Below the pieces are notes generated by a model. The model did not search any database and was not told the DNA's origin. It saw only the letters and a list, made by a program, of their open reading frames with translations. A program made the translations under genes and the position numbers. A stretch of 64,000 bases of DNA, from assembly GCA_963745835.1 (NCBI GenBank), contig CAVUZH010000003.1:384001-448000 (forward strand). The letters are read 5' to 3'. Shown piece after piece: positions 38,912 to 49,676 of this stretch; the stretch's first letter is position 1, and every line of letters starts with the position of its first letter. Source of the stretch: an uncultured delta proteobacterium. Lineage in GTDB: Bacteria > Desulfobacterota > Binatia > UBA9968.

Positions 38912-39216
38912 TTTCGTATCTCCTTTTGTCCAGCGCATGATCGCGCTGTACCAAGCCACGACCTATAAATCATTTGGATTTCGAGACCGAGAGTCGCAGT
39001 CGATGGATCGTGGTGTGCTAAGAGGAGCCTGTCATGCCTTACGTCAGATAGCCAGCACCGGCATATCAATACGAACACGCCACCATGCGTATCGGTGCAC
39101 GGGAACCTATCGTCTTAGGAGTACACGGGCGAAGACGACCGCGATACTTTCCGCGAACGGCCGAGCAGCAAAATCGTTAACTGGAGTGTGAGGCCGGAGC
39201 ATTTGGTTTTCGTCTG

Positions 39217-39948
39217 CTATCGAAGTTTCTTCAGACGCAACTGCATCTCCTTGGCGGTGATCTGTTGACCGTACAAAGGCCCGCCTCGGGCAAACAACTT
39301 CGCGCTCTGAAGCGAGCCGATGATCACCGGATCAAAGCCTGCGTCTTGGATCAATTTCGATGCCATTGCCAGCGCTTCCTTATCATCCCCGGCAATAGGG
39401 ATGGCCATTCGTTCACCGGCACGGTGCGCGTTATTCGCGAGGACGAGGTAACTTAGCGTGTTGAACGCGCGGACAATACGTGCCTTAGGCAAATACTTTG
39501 CCGACGTGAGACCTATTCCAAGCTCCAGAGCTTCTTTTGAGATTTCGCCGTCGCGCGAAGGCACCGCGTTACCGGCATCGAGAACGATCTTACCGGCAAG
39601 CTCCTGGGCATAATCCTTGCCGATCTGCGGGTAAGCGCCGTAAGGTACCGCAAGCAAAGCGGCATCGCCGAAGGTCAGAGCATTACGGACAGTGCCGGCT
39701 TGCGCCGAGGATCCAAGACTGTCTACCAATTGTTTAAGATTCTCGGGATTGCGTGAAGAGAACAAAACCTGATGGCCTGCCTTTACCCACAATCTTCCTA
39801 CCGTGCTGCCGATGTTGCCGGAACCAATGACTCCGATCTTCGTGCCTGAAGATTTGCTTGCCTGAGCGAAGACATCCTTGGGTAAACTGCCGATTCCCAG
39901 CAGCACTGCCGTCACGGTGAGAATTCGGAGAAGACGATGACGAGCCAT
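39217..39948 (-). CDS. NADP oxidoreductase, F420-dependent family, with signal peptide
   Basis: IGSGNIG, SSRNP, LAVPY, DAGN, VRAFNT, IAGDD. Confidence 0.85.
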   Translation of the reverse strand: MARHRLLRILTVTAVLLGIGSLPKDVFAQASKSSGTKIGVIGSGNIGSTVGRLWVKAGHQVLFSSRNPENLKQLVDSLGSSAQAGTVRNALTFGDAALLAVPYGAYPQIGKDYAQELAGKIVLDAGNAVPSRDGEISKEALELGIGLTSAKYLPKARIVRAFNTLSYLVLANNAHRAGERMAIPIAGDDKEALAMASKLIQDAGFDPVIIGSLQSAKLFARGGPLYGQQITAKEMQLRLKKLR

Positions 39949-40281
39949 GTTCAAGCGCGTAGAACTGTCATACTTGTAAATCGTTTGATGGTCGTGTCCA
40001 CGCCTTAACCTAGGCTCTCGAATTCAGAATTGCAAATTTCCTTTTGCCAACCTCTCACGGCGTAGGGGTAGGATTCAACCGGAACTACGTCGTAGCACTC
40101 ACACGTTACCGAATTTTCTGTTTGTACAAGATTCGCAGTTCAGGAGTTGGTTTGTCGCAGGCCGATCGAAACCAGGTCGGTAAGGAGCGACTGAAAATAG
40201 TCGATGCTGACGGGGGCATGTCTTTGAAGCGCTAATGGCGATTTTTCACTATTATCTTGCATGACCAAAGATGTATGGTTT

Positions 40282-40704
40282 CTAGTTGGCGGGTTTAAAG
40301 CGCTCTGAAGGAATCACAGCCATACACTCGATTTCCACCATCAGATCCGGATGGGCGAGCCTCTTTACTCCGATCAGCGCGCTCGTAGGCAGGTCCTCTT
40401 TGAAATACTTATAACGCTCGTCTCGGCAGCGATGGTATTCATCCACATCTACGGTAAACGTCGTGGTCTTAACCACGTCAGAGTAATCGCCACCCACAGA
40501 ACGCAACGCACGCCCGATATTTTCGCACACCTGACGCAATTGGGCGCGCATATCACCGGGATGAACCGGGGCCGCGTCTTTTTCGCTGCGTGAAGTCATG
40601 CCCGCGACAAAAACGAGTGTCCCACCGGTTACCGCAACAACCTGCGAATGAGACTTGCGAACGGGTAAATCTGGCGGTTGTACAATGCGCTTTGGTTTTT
40701 CCAT
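40282..40704 (-). CDS. RidA/YjgF family protein
   Basis: AAAGGAG RBS; VFVAGMT, PTSALIGVKRLAHPDLMVEIE. Confidence 0.85.
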   Translation of the reverse strand: MEKPKRIVQPPDLPVRKSHSQVVAVTGGTLVFVAGMTSRSEKDAAPVHPGDMRAQLRQVCENIGRALRSVGGDYSDVVKTTTFTVDVDEYHRCRDERYKYFKEDLPTSALIGVKRLAHPDLMVEIECMAVIPSERFKPAN

Positions 40705-40894
40705 GGCTTCTCCTTTGGAACTCAACGGTCGTTATCAAACCGAACAACAAAACTGAGTGTGAGCATAGAGCATCCGTTTTATTGCAGAGTTTCTCTGCTC
40801 AAATAATCTGCTGCGTGGTTCGAGCCATCTCATTCCCTGTGCCAGAAGATTTGTTGGGATTGCTTATAGTTTGGGTTTAACGAGGATCGGTTGC

Positions 40895-41905
40895 CTATGG
40901 TGTTTTGCCAATACCTAAGTCTCGCTGTGCGTCCCTTAGAATCGAAAGGTCCATCACCGTCCCAGGCGCAATTTCCGTCGGGTGTTTTAGTTCCTCCTGG
41001 GTAGCCGCCAAGAGAGTCTTCAACCCATTTTCGCTCGGCGCTCCCTCACGACCGAAGATTTTAACTCCCAGCTCATAGGCCTCAGCTGCGCTGGCGCTCG
41101 TCATCTTGAATGTATCTATCAATAATGACTTGGCTCCTTCGCGATCGTCGTTGACAAAGCGGAGCGATCTTATTAGCGCTCGCAGTACGCGTCGTACCTC
41201 GTCGCGCTTTTCCTTTAGCCTTTTGTCTGTGGTTCCCAATCCCCCCATCGGCATATCGACGATATCTCCCGCGTAAACCAAAACGTTGAAGCCCAGCTCT
41301 TTGGATCGCACCGCGAAATCGGGCGGCAGCAGGGTGGCTTGAATAGCCTTTCCAGCCATCGCTGAAAATCGTATAGAGTCTTGGCCAAGGGCGCGGATAG
41401 CGACATCCTTTGAAGCATTAAGGCCATAGTATTCCAGTAGCTGCTTAGTGATGTAATATGCAGCGCCGCCAAAAGACGAGACGCCGACCGTGCGCCCCTG
41501 AAGGTCTTTGGGCTGCTTGATCTCGGGCAGAGTCACAAGATAGTAAATCGGCCTCGCCACGTAGTTGAAAACGCTTTTGACCCCGCCTCCTCGGACAGCG
41601 GTGGCAACGATCCGCGAATTGTGGGTGATGTAGTCTACGTCGCCCGACAGCAGTGCTGCCACGGCTGGCGCTCCTGCGATCTGAACGAGCTCCACATTAA
41701 GTCCCTCCGCATGGAAAAAGCCACGTTTGCTCGCGGCGAACAGTGGAAGCTCTTGAAAAGCGACTGATGGAAAACCAATCCTAATGCTCCGCTCTTGGGC
41801 GGCTACCGCTTCCGGGCAAGACCCGAGGACCAGAACCCACAATAGGAACAAGCTGATTGCACTTTTTATCATCCATCGTGTCCAAGATGCCGAAGTCAAC
41901 GCCAT
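40895..41905 (-). CDS. ABC substrate-binding protein, SsuA/THI5-like
   Basis: IRIGFPS, GFFHAEGLNVELV, DLQGRTVGVSSFG. Start uncertain. Confidence 0.85.
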   Translation of the reverse strand: MALTSASWTRWMIKSAISLFLLWVLVLGSCPEAVAAQERSIRIGFPSVAFQELPLFAASKRGFFHAEGLNVELVQIAGAPAVAALLSGDVDYITHNSRIVATAVRGGGVKSVFNYVARPIYYLVTLPEIKQPKDLQGRTVGVSSFGGAAYYITKQLLEYYGLNASKDVAIRALGQDSIRFSAMAGKAIQATLLPPDFAVRSKELGFNVLVYAGDIVDMPMGGLGTTDKRLKEKRDEVRRVLRALIRSLRFVNDDREGAKSLLIDTFKMTSASAAEAYELGVKIFGREGAPSENGLKTLLAATQEELKHPTEIAPGTVMDLSILRDAQRDLGIGKTP

Positions 41906-42260
41906 AGTTAGTCCAGTCGACGGTCAGGATCAAGTGCTTCAAACGTGAGAAAGACGGTGCCGGGATATGGACCATCTTGGAATCTTTTTCTTACCCGCAA
42001 GGCAAGGTGCTTTGACATGTGAACAGGAATTGCTCAGGAGGAAGGGAGGACGAAGTCACACGTTATTGCTCACGCGGTGCGCTCAAACGCGGCAGCTCTG
42101 AAATCTCGGACCGAAGATGCCCGCCGGTTGCAACTTTAATGTGAAAGAGCGCACACGCCAGGGGAGTTTCCCGTGCATGTGGAAAAAGTCAGCAACGTTA
42201 TCTTTGCAGTAAGCGTAAGCGCAAATCTACGCGCTCCGCTCAGGCCGATTCGGTGACCGC

Positions 42261-43325
42261 TTACACCGCCGCGCTGGCCCGTTGCGTCGCCGCCAAATCT
42301 AGTCCGACAATAAACGCCGGGTTCACCGTGCACATGGTGTAGATCTCGTCCGCGCTGCAGCCGAATGCCGACATGTAGCCGCGCAGCAGCCGCAGCGATT
42401 CGACCGAGTTGGGGAACAGCGGCTCGCCGGCGTCCGACGACAACGTGCAGTGCTCGGGACCGATAGTCCGAATTGCTTTGTACATATTTGCCGGGTCGAT
42501 GCCGAGGAGCGGTGACAATTCATCGAAGGTGAAGTTTAACCACAGGCCGGCGGAGGCCGCATCTTTCATTTCCTCGATCGTCAGATTGACGAACGGGCTG
42601 AACGGATGGTCGACGACGCCTTTTTTGAAACCGATCTTTTGACTGAACTCGGCCATGGCTTTGAACTCCGGCTTGGTCGGATGGCCAAAGAAGATTGCCG
42701 CGCCGCGGTCATGAGCCATCCGGAAGATCTCTTCGATCTCGGGGAGGAGGCGGCGTCCCTTGTCATCGAGAAGGTAGTGCCCGTACTTCAACGCCTCGGG
42801 CCAGGAAAGCGGTTCGGTATGGGCCTTCGGATCGGCAGTTTTGTCCCATGCGCTGGGCTTGCCGCCGACGATGGAGAGCGTGTTGGCCGACGTATTGTTC
42901 GGCATCCACAGACCGACGACTCCTGCGTTGAGCATCTTGGCCGACCAGGCCGGCTCTATCTTTGAAAGAAATCCTTGCGTGACCGAGCTGCCGGGCCAGA
43001 CGTGCACGGGCGTAAAACCCTTCTCGGCGCACCAGGAGTCAAGCGCCGTCCGCACGCCAGCAACCGTCCCGGCAGGATCCTTCCGTCCCACGATCGTTTT
43101 GTACAGTATTCCTTTCATGGCGCTTTTCGAGGCGAGCTTGGCCACTCCGAGAGCGTCCTGCTGGCCTTCGTGAGCGTGACAGTGAATGTCGATAGAATCC
43201 TCGACGCCGATCACATGATCGAGCGAAGGATCCACGGGCCCTTGCTTGAAGCCGCGACGGGCGGGATACGAGGTAACTGAGCGAACCGAGCTCGGCGTGG
43301 CATAGTTTTGTTGGTTGTCGGCCAT
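42261..43325 (-). CDS. DUF6282-like amidohydrolase-superfamily protein
   Basis: IDIHCHA, WMP, FGH, VDHP, SSDAG, NPA; GGAGG RBS before ATG 43325. Confidence 0.7.
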   Translation of the reverse strand: MADNQQNYATPSSVRSVTSYPARRGFKQGPVDPSLDHVIGVEDSIDIHCHAHEGQQDALGVAKLASKSAMKGILYKTIVGRKDPAGTVAGVRTALDSWCAEKGFTPVHVWPGSSVTQGFLSKIEPAWSAKMLNAGVVGLWMPNNTSANTLSIVGGKPSAWDKTADPKAHTEPLSWPEALKYGHYLLDDKGRRLLPEIEEIFRMAHDRGAAIFFGHPTKPEFKAMAEFSQKIGFKKGVVDHPFSPFVNLTIEEMKDAASAGLWLNFTFDELSPLLGIDPANMYKAIRTIGPEHCTLSSDAGEPLFPNSVESLRLLRGYMSAFGCSADEIYTMCTVNPAFIVGLDLAATQRASAAV

Positions 43326-43407
43326 AGTCAATCCTCCATTCTCGAATTGATTGGACAATATCGCTTCGTAACCGGTCCAGCAAACGTTTTTATGATCATG
43401 AAAAACC

Positions 43408-43448
43408 GTTCCGACGGTTCCAGTCGTTCAAAAGGTTCCGGATCGTTC
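43408..43448. repeat. GTTC micro-repeat with ~9-bp period
   Basis: GTTC at 43408, 43417, 43426, 43435 and 43445. Confidence 0.6.
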
Positions 43449-43536
43449 TCATCGGAGCGATTTTGGTGTGGATCATGTTTTCGACGCTATGGAAGTCTAT
43501 GTAGTTCGGGATGCAGTTTGCCACTGGGACCCTAGA

Positions 43537-44433
43537 CTATTTTTCAAATCCATGGAGCCGCGCCGGGTTGTCTATCAAAATCTTGCGCAGTAAAGATGTG
43601 TCACCATCGACGTAGCGGTAGAGAAGCTCGACTTCCTCCGCGTCGTTCATCATCCGCTTGCGCCACTGCGGATGCGGCCAATCGGTACCCCAGACGATGC
43701 GGTCAGGCGCCGCCTCGATAAATGCCTTGCCGTACGGAATCGCGTCGTCCCAGCCCGCATCCATCTTTGAATCGCGATTGCCGTTGGAAACCATCATCCA
43801 CCAATTCTCGTGCTTGAGCATATCGAGTACCCACCGGATAACCGGCCGTTCGAGCCCACCCTCGAATTCCACATGGCCGAAATGGTCGATCACCATCGGC
43901 ACGTCTTTGATCGAGCGTAACAGCTCCGAATTGTTAAGCAGATCCTCCCCGTGTACGTGCAGTCGCGCGTGCCAGCCGAGCTCGTGGATCCGGGCCATCG
44001 ATCTTCTTACTTCGGATTCCCGTTGATCGAGGGTAAGAAATCGCACGAAATTAAAACGCGCGCCACGCACACCCGCGGCGTGCAGTCGTGCCAGCTCGTT
44101 GTCCGAAACGCTGTTGTCAACAATGCCGATGCCGCGATAGCGTCCGGGATCATCAAGGCTTTCGAGCGCATTCAGCAGCAGGCGGTGATCGCTGCCGTAA
44201 ATCGCGCTATGGACGATGACGCCGCGGTCGAAGCCGATCGCCTTGTGCATCTTTTGGGCTTGCGCAAAGGTCGCGCTTTCAATCGGCGGATATGGCGGAT
44301 TGGCTCGCGGCGCAAACTTCGACGGTTCCTCGTAGATGTGAAATTGGCAGTCGCAGCTTCCGGGTGGCGGCTGCGGAACCGGCATGCGCGGATGTCTGTC
44401 CCATTCGTAAATTCTTTCTACGGCTGTTGCCAT
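43537..44433 (-). CDS. Amidohydrolase, 2-pyrone-4,6-dicarboxylate lactonase (LigI)-like
   Basis: CDCQFHI, GVRGARFN, IDHFG, VWGTDWPHP, NPARL. Confidence 0.82.
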   Translation of the reverse strand: MATAVERIYEWDRHPRMPVPQPPPGSCDCQFHIYEEPSKFAPRANPPYPPIESATFAQAQKMHKAIGFDRGVIVHSAIYGSDHRLLLNALESLDDPGRYRGIGIVDNSVSDNELARLHAAGVRGARFNFVRFLTLDQRESEVRRSMARIHELGWHARLHVHGEDLLNNSELLRSIKDVPMVIDHFGHVEFEGGLERPVIRWVLDMLKHENWWMMVSNGNRDSKMDAGWDDAIPYGKAFIEAAPDRIVWGTDWPHPQWRKRMMNDAEEVELLYRYVDGDTSLLRKILIDNPARLHGFEK

Positions 44434-44490
44434 TTCGATTATTTCCCGGATCTGGCCTTGAGCTTTAGAACAGTTGAACCTTGAACAGTT

Positions 44491-45612
44491 CTATTCCCAG
44501 CCAGATCTGGCCAAGTGTTGCAATTTTTGTTTGTTTACTTCGATACCGAGACCGGCGGTCATGGGCGGACTTGCCTTGCCGCGAGTCACCAGGATCGGAC
44601 TGAAGATATCTTGCTCGCCAAGACGCATAAAGCCGGTCATCTCGCCGCCGGATTGCGCGTTTTTCAATGAGCTGTGAAGCTGCATTTCAGCGGCGGAAAG
44701 AATTGTCGTGCACGCGCTTCCCTGGCCGACGACCACCGGAAGCCCTTGCGCTCCGACGACCGCAGCCACTTCGAGCGCTTTTTGAAATCCGCCGATATGT
44801 GTGAGTTTGATCTTTAAGAGATCGGCTGCTCGCTCTTCCAACACCCTTAGCGCATCTCCGGCGCAGGTCACGCTTTCTTGAGCCGCGATCGGAATGCCAA
44901 CAGCGCGACGCAGTTCCGCCAGATTACTCAAGTCTCCGCGCGCCAATGGCTGCTCAACATCTGCGATGCGAAATTGCCTCAGTTCATTCAACACGGATCG
45001 GGCGTCGACGAAGGAATACGACCCATTGCCGTCGACTCGGATGGAGGCTTCATCACCGACCGCTTGGCGAACGGCGCGAACCCGTTCAATGTCATTGCGA
45101 TGATTTTGCTGGCCGATTTTTATTTTGAAGGTAACAAATCCTTGTCGTTTAAGTTCAGCCGCGCGCACACCGATGGCTTGCGGTTCAAGATCTATTCCTA
45201 ATCCACCGACTAGATCTATCTCCCGACGATAGGGTCCGCCGAAAAAGCGACAGAGCGGCAGCCGATAGAATTTACCCAATGCGTCATAAAGAGCCATCTC
45301 GATGGCGGCCTTTGTGATAGGGTGACCCTGGCGTGCACGATGAAGTTTCAGCAGGACAGCTCCGGTGTCTTCCAAATCCATCTTGATCAGCGCGGGCGCA
45401 AAATACTTTCGCGCCATGATCTCCATCGTTTCTAACGTCTCGTAAGTATTGCCGGGCCGCCCCTGCGTGGCTTCGCCCCAACCTTCGATGCCATTTTCCG
45501 TCTCAACGCGAACGATCAGCGAGCGGCAGTCCTCGAGGAACCCGGCGGCCCCGCCGTAAATTTCCTGGACCGGCAACACCAAAGGATAGGGGTCGATGGC
45601 AACGATCTTCAT
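44491..45612 (-). CDS. Mandelate racemase/muconate lactonizing enzyme family protein
   Basis: GWGE, AAIEMALYD, KIKIG, RVDGN, EQP, GLGIE. Confidence 0.87.
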   Translation of the reverse strand: MKIVAIDPYPLVLPVQEIYGGAAGFLEDCRSLIVRVETENGIEGWGEATQGRPGNTYETLETMEIMARKYFAPALIKMDLEDTGAVLLKLHRARQGHPITKAAIEMALYDALGKFYRLPLCRFFGGPYRREIDLVGGLGIDLEPQAIGVRAAELKRQGFVTFKIKIGQQNHRNDIERVRAVRQAVGDEASIRVDGNGSYSFVDARSVLNELRQFRIADVEQPLARGDLSNLAELRRAVGIPIAAQESVTCAGDALRVLEERAADLLKIKLTHIGGFQKALEVAAVVGAQGLPVVVGQGSACTTILSAAEMQLHSSLKNAQSGGEMTGFMRLGEQDIFSPILVTRGKASPPMTAGLGIEVNKQKLQHLARSGWE

Positions 45613-46976
45613 GGTTTTTGCCGCAGGAGATCACCGATGCGCGAGACATCATCGATCTTTTCTAATCGATCGACAGCCTCTACCAGGCCATCCAGCTGCC
45701 GCTCCGACAAGAGCCTGTGGGTTAGCTTTCTTGCTTTGTCTTCCACTTCCGAATGACTCAGAGGATTACGGGGCGTCCCTTTGAAGTGAATAACCAGACT
45801 CGAGTGACGCTGCTTGTTTGCGAGGCCAATGGTGACCCGCGCGGCGCGGTCCCATCCCTTTTGTTCGATCTCCGAGTCGGTTTCAAGACGAATCTTGCGC
45901 ATCATGGCAAGTATTTTTTTGTCCGTGAGCTTGTTCTCATCAAAGGACTCAGGGTCTGTGGGATCGAAATAGAGACTCAGGGCGACGCAGAAAGGAATGC
46001 TGTACTGCGCCATCATCAAATCTTTTGGCTCGTAGTTGGCGTGATGGGTCACCAACTTTTCGATTCCACCGACGACGATTTCCTGAATGTCGCCCGGTGC
46101 AAAACCAATTTTTCCGCGCAGCTTTTGCAAAGCTTCGATGGGTGCGTGAGCATTGATGTGGCAGGCGCAACGCTTGATGCAAATGTTGAGGCTTTCGAAC
46201 TTTGTGCCCAACCGATGGGTGAGATAGGGGAGATCAGGGGAATCAGAAAATGTTTGGCAAAATCCAAACTTTCCTTCGAGGACGCTTTCGGGGCCGGCGA
46301 ATCCGTCGCTCGCTAGAAGGGCGGCGGTGACGCCTCCTTCCGCTGCTTTTCCCAGGTGGAGCCGTTTGACCATGGCGCCCTCGCGGCAGCGGGAAAATTC
46401 GATCAGCCCACCGGAATACGAGCCGGCGATGCCCAGAGCGTTGACCATCTGTGATTGGTGAAGTCCAAGTAGCCGCCCCGCTGCCACTGCGCCGCCGAAC
46501 GTGCCGGTCAATCCGGGAGCATGAAACCCTCTTCTCTCAAGAGAGTTGCCTGCGGCAACGCCAATTCGAGAGACGACTTCGCATGCCGCTACGAAAGCGG
46601 TCAGCAACGCTTTGCCGTTGGTCTTTTTCTCTTCCGCCATGGCAAAGGCAGGAAGAAAAGCCGTTGCCCCGGGATGGACGCCCGAGCCCGGCTGGCGCAC
46701 ATTGTCGAGCTCAAATGCATGGGCCATGACGCCGTTGGCGAGTGTTGCCTGTGCCGCTTGTGCTTTCCAATTCCCTCCGAAAACGGTAGAGCGACCTCGA
46801 GCGCCAGTCTCTCGAACCAATTTGCTCACTGTCTGGCTCCATGGCTTGGTCGATCCGTACACCGAAACCGCGAGTGTATCTAAAATACAAGCTTTGACCC
46901 GATCGATGACCTCGGCGGGAATCTCTCGGTAATTTAGCTCGACGGCAAAGCGCGCCAGGCGCTGGGTGGCGTTCAT
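45609..46976 (-). CDS. MmgE/PrpD family protein
   Basis: ANGVMAHAFELD, HPG, GFH, KRLHLG, AQYSIPF, KGTPRNPLS. Confidence 0.9.
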   Translation of the reverse strand: MNATQRLARFAVELNYREIPAEVIDRVKACILDTLAVSVYGSTKPWSQTVSKLVRETGARGRSTVFGGNWKAQAAQATLANGVMAHAFELDNVRQPGSGVHPGATAFLPAFAMAEEKKTNGKALLTAFVAACEVVSRIGVAAGNSLERRGFHAPGLTGTFGGAVAAGRLLGLHQSQMVNALGIAGSYSGGLIEFSRCREGAMVKRLHLGKAAEGGVTAALLASDGFAGPESVLEGKFGFCQTFSDSPDLPYLTHRLGTKFESLNICIKRCACHINAHAPIEALQKLRGKIGFAPGDIQEIVVGGIEKLVTHHANYEPKDLMMAQYSIPFCVALSLYFDPTDPESFDENKLTDKKILAMMRKIRLETDSEIEQKGWDRAARVTIGLANKQRHSSLVIHFKGTPRNPLSHSEVEDKARKLTHRLLSERQLDGLVEAVDRLEKIDDVSRIGDLLRQKP

Positions 46977-46984
46977 AGATTATG

Positions 46985-47968
46985 TTAACGCACGACCTTG
47001 GCGCCGGCCTCTTTGAGCACGTCGCGCATCAGCGCCGTCAAATCGTCGAAAAATTTGCTGAGCGGCGGTCCCTTAAGATAGCCTTCTTCGAATTGATTTT
47101 GTTCAACGTATTGCTTCCAACCGGCGGATTGGGCGAAGCGATCGAAAACGCCCTCCCAGTATTGCACCACTTCCTTGGACGCCGCCGGCGGGGCAAGCAC
47201 GCCGCGCGCCTGGGGAATGATCGTGACATCGATCCCCTGCTCCTTGATCGTCGGCACGTTCGGCATCGAAGGCAGCCGCTTTTCGGTGAGCGCAGCGATC
47301 ACGCGCAAATTTCCCGCGCGAATCTGTTCGCCCGCCTCCTGCGGCTCGATCACCATCATTTGCACGTGGCCGCCGAGGAGATTAGAAAGCCGCTCGCCGC
47401 CACTGGGAAAAGAAATATACGTCCACTGGGTGCCGGTGGCCTTTTGGATCAACAGGCGCATGAGATTGTCCCGCCCGGTTACCGAGCCGCCGGACTGGCG
47501 CAGTTGGTTCGGGTTCTTCTTTGCCGCCTCGATGAAGTCCTTCATGTTTTTGTAAGGCGAATCCGCTTTGACCGCGACCACCGCGGGCTCCAACATCAGC
47601 CGGACGATCGGCGTCAAATCTTTCACGGTGACCGTCGCCTCGGTAGTCGTCAGTGGATTTGTCACCCACACCCCGGTGAAAAAACCGATGGTGTGCGGGT
47701 CGCCCTTTTTTTCTGCGAGATAGGACATGGCGACCGCGCTGCCGCCGCCCGACTTGTTGACCACCTGCATACGCTGCGAGATCAGCTTTTCTTTTTGCAG
47801 CATTTCGGCGATCGCGCGCGCCAGCAGATCCGAGCCGCCGCCCGGACCAGTGTGAACAACCGCCTCTATCTGTCGGCTCGGTTTGAATTCTTGACTCCAG
47901 GCAAGATTGGAGAATACGGCCCCAATGGCAGCGACAATCATAGGCAAAAACATCGCCTCATATTTCAT
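46985..47968 (-). CDS. tctC: Tripartite tricarboxylate transporter substrate-binding protein (Bug/TctC)
   Basis: PGGGSDLLAR, VVNKSGGGS, LLGGHV, PNVPTIKEQG. Confidence 0.88.
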   Translation of the reverse strand: MKYEAMFLPMIVAAIGAVFSNLAWSQEFKPSRQIEAVVHTGPGGGSDLLARAIAEMLQKEKLISQRMQVVNKSGGGSAVAMSYLAEKKGDPHTIGFFTGVWVTNPLTTTEATVTVKDLTPIVRLMLEPAVVAVKADSPYKNMKDFIEAAKKNPNQLRQSGGSVTGRDNLMRLLIQKATGTQWTYISFPSGGERLSNLLGGHVQMMVIEPQEAGEQIRAGNLRVIAALTEKRLPSMPNVPTIKEQGIDVTIIPQARGVLAPPAASKEVVQYWEGVFDRFAQSAGWKQYVEQNQFEEGYLKGPPLSKFFDDLTALMRDVLKEAGAKVVR

Positions 47969-48143
47969 CTCTCATCCCTCCCTCATTTCGATCGACAATC
48001 TCGCTGCATGCTGCTCAATAACAACTCAGCTACAAACCGCGCGAGTTGCAATGATGAAAGCGCAAATCTGAAAGCGGAACTCAGTTTTCAGCTTTCATAA
48101 TTCATCTGTTCGTTTTCAGCAGCCTGCTGCGGACCTATCACCT

Positions 48144-49655
48144 TCAGCCTTCCTGCTCAACGGCCTGAATTCTCCAAGACCGAACTTTGCGGATCGCAGG
48201 TAAACACAAGAGTCCCACTGCAATGAGCAGTAAGGTTCCGGAGATCGGTCGATTGATCAGGATCGCGATATCTCCCTGTGACATCATCAAAGATTGACGC
48301 AGTGCTCTTTCGAGAGCATCACCCAACACCATTCCCAAGATCAGCGCCGCGGCAGGGAAATCAAGCTTGCGCATGAGATATCCAAGCAGGCCGAACAGGC
48401 CCATCATCCAAACATCAAAAACACTGCTGTTGACGCTGTAAACGCCAACCACGGAGATCCCCAAAATGAGCGGATAAAGAATAAAATAGGGGAGGCGCAA
48501 GATCTGAGCGAAAAGCGGCACCAAAGGAATATTAAGGATTAGAAGCAAGACATTGCCGATGTACATGCTCGCGACCAATCCCCAAAAAAGTTCCGGGTGC
48601 TCTTGGATGAGGAGCGGTCCGGGCTTATACCCCCAGAGAATGAGGCCACCCAAGAGGATGGCTGTGGTGTTGCCTCCGGGTATTCCCAGGGTCAGTAGAG
48701 GAACCAGTGCGCCACTGGCGTCGGCATTGTTCGCCCCCTCGGGCGCCGCTACTCCTTCAATTACGCCGGTACCGAATTTTTCCGGATGCCGCGAGAACGC
48801 TTTTTCAATGCCGTAAGACAAAAATGATGCAACCGTGGCGCCGGCACCCGGGAGAGCGCCGACAAAGAAACCGACAAGGGAACCATTCAAGAAAGCAAAG
48901 CGGCAGTCTTTGAGATCTTGCAACGTCGGCAAAAGGTTTCTCAATCCCTTTGAAATTTTGAAGAGCTCAGCGCCGCCCCGGGACTCGAGATTGACCAGGA
49001 CCTCGCCGATAGCGAAGATTCCCACAGTCGCGGCGACGAAATCGACGCCGCCAAGTAGTTTCACCTGGCCGAAAGTAAATCTCGATTCAGCGGTAAAAAG
49101 ATCGGTGCCGATGGTAGCGACCCACAGGCCCACCAGCATTGCCAGGAGAGCCTTGATCATCGACTTGCCCGCCAAGAAAACTACCATCGCGAGGCCCAAA
49201 ACCATCAAGCCGAAATATTCCGGCGGAGCAAAGCGCAATGCAAAACGGGCCAACGGCGGCGCAATTAGCATCAATCCCAATATGCCTATGGTGCCGGCGA
49301 CGAATGACGCGACCGCAGAAATCCCTAACGCTGCTCCTGCCCTGCCTTGGCGCGCCAACTGGTAGCCATCCAGACAGGTGACCACCGACGATGATTCTCC
49401 CGGAATGTTGAGAAGGATGGAAGTTGTCGAGCCGCCGTAGCGCGCGCCGTAAAAGATTCCCGCCAGTGCGATAATTGCCGTGGTGTGATCCATCTTGAGC
49501 GTCAAGGGAAGCAGCATCGCGATGGTCGCTGCCGGGCCCAAGCCCGGTAACACGCCCACTACCGTACCTAGAATCACCCCGATCAGACACCAGAAGAGAT
49601 TGATCGGCGTCAGGGCTACGGAAAAGCCGAGCAGGAGATTTTCTAAAGCACCCAT
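48144..49655 (-). CDS. tctA: Tripartite tricarboxylate transporter large membrane subunit
   Basis: GVLPGLGP, YGGSTTSILLNIPG, APEGANNA, LTLGIPG. Confidence 0.92.
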   Translation of the reverse strand: MGALENLLLGFSVALTPINLFWCLIGVILGTVVGVLPGLGPAATIAMLLPLTLKMDHTTAIIALAGIFYGARYGGSTTSILLNIPGESSSVVTCLDGYQLARQGRAGAALGISAVASFVAGTIGILGLMLIAPPLARFALRFAPPEYFGLMVLGLAMVVFLAGKSMIKALLAMLVGLWVATIGTDLFTAESRFTFGQVKLLGGVDFVAATVGIFAIGEVLVNLESRGGAELFKISKGLRNLLPTLQDLKDCRFAFLNGSLVGFFVGALPGAGATVASFLSYGIEKAFSRHPEKFGTGVIEGVAAPEGANNADASGALVPLLTLGIPGGNTTAILLGGLILWGYKPGPLLIQEHPELFWGLVASMYIGNVLLLILNIPLVPLFAQILRLPYFILYPLILGISVVGVYSVNSSVFDVWMMGLFGLLGYLMRKLDFPAAALILGMVLGDALERALRQSLMMSQGDIAILINRPISGTLLLIAVGLLCLPAIRKVRSWRIQAVEQEG

Positions 49656-49676
49656 ACTTTAGTGCTGGCTTCCTGG

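Noticed and set aside
43408-43448. GTTC repeats as LexA boxes or CRISPR
   Set aside because: Spacing is N5 rather than the alphaproteobacterial N7, the neighbours are not repair genes, and there are no spacers or cas genes.
46982-48100. 372-aa plus-strand ORF
   Set aside because: Antisense shadow of tctC.
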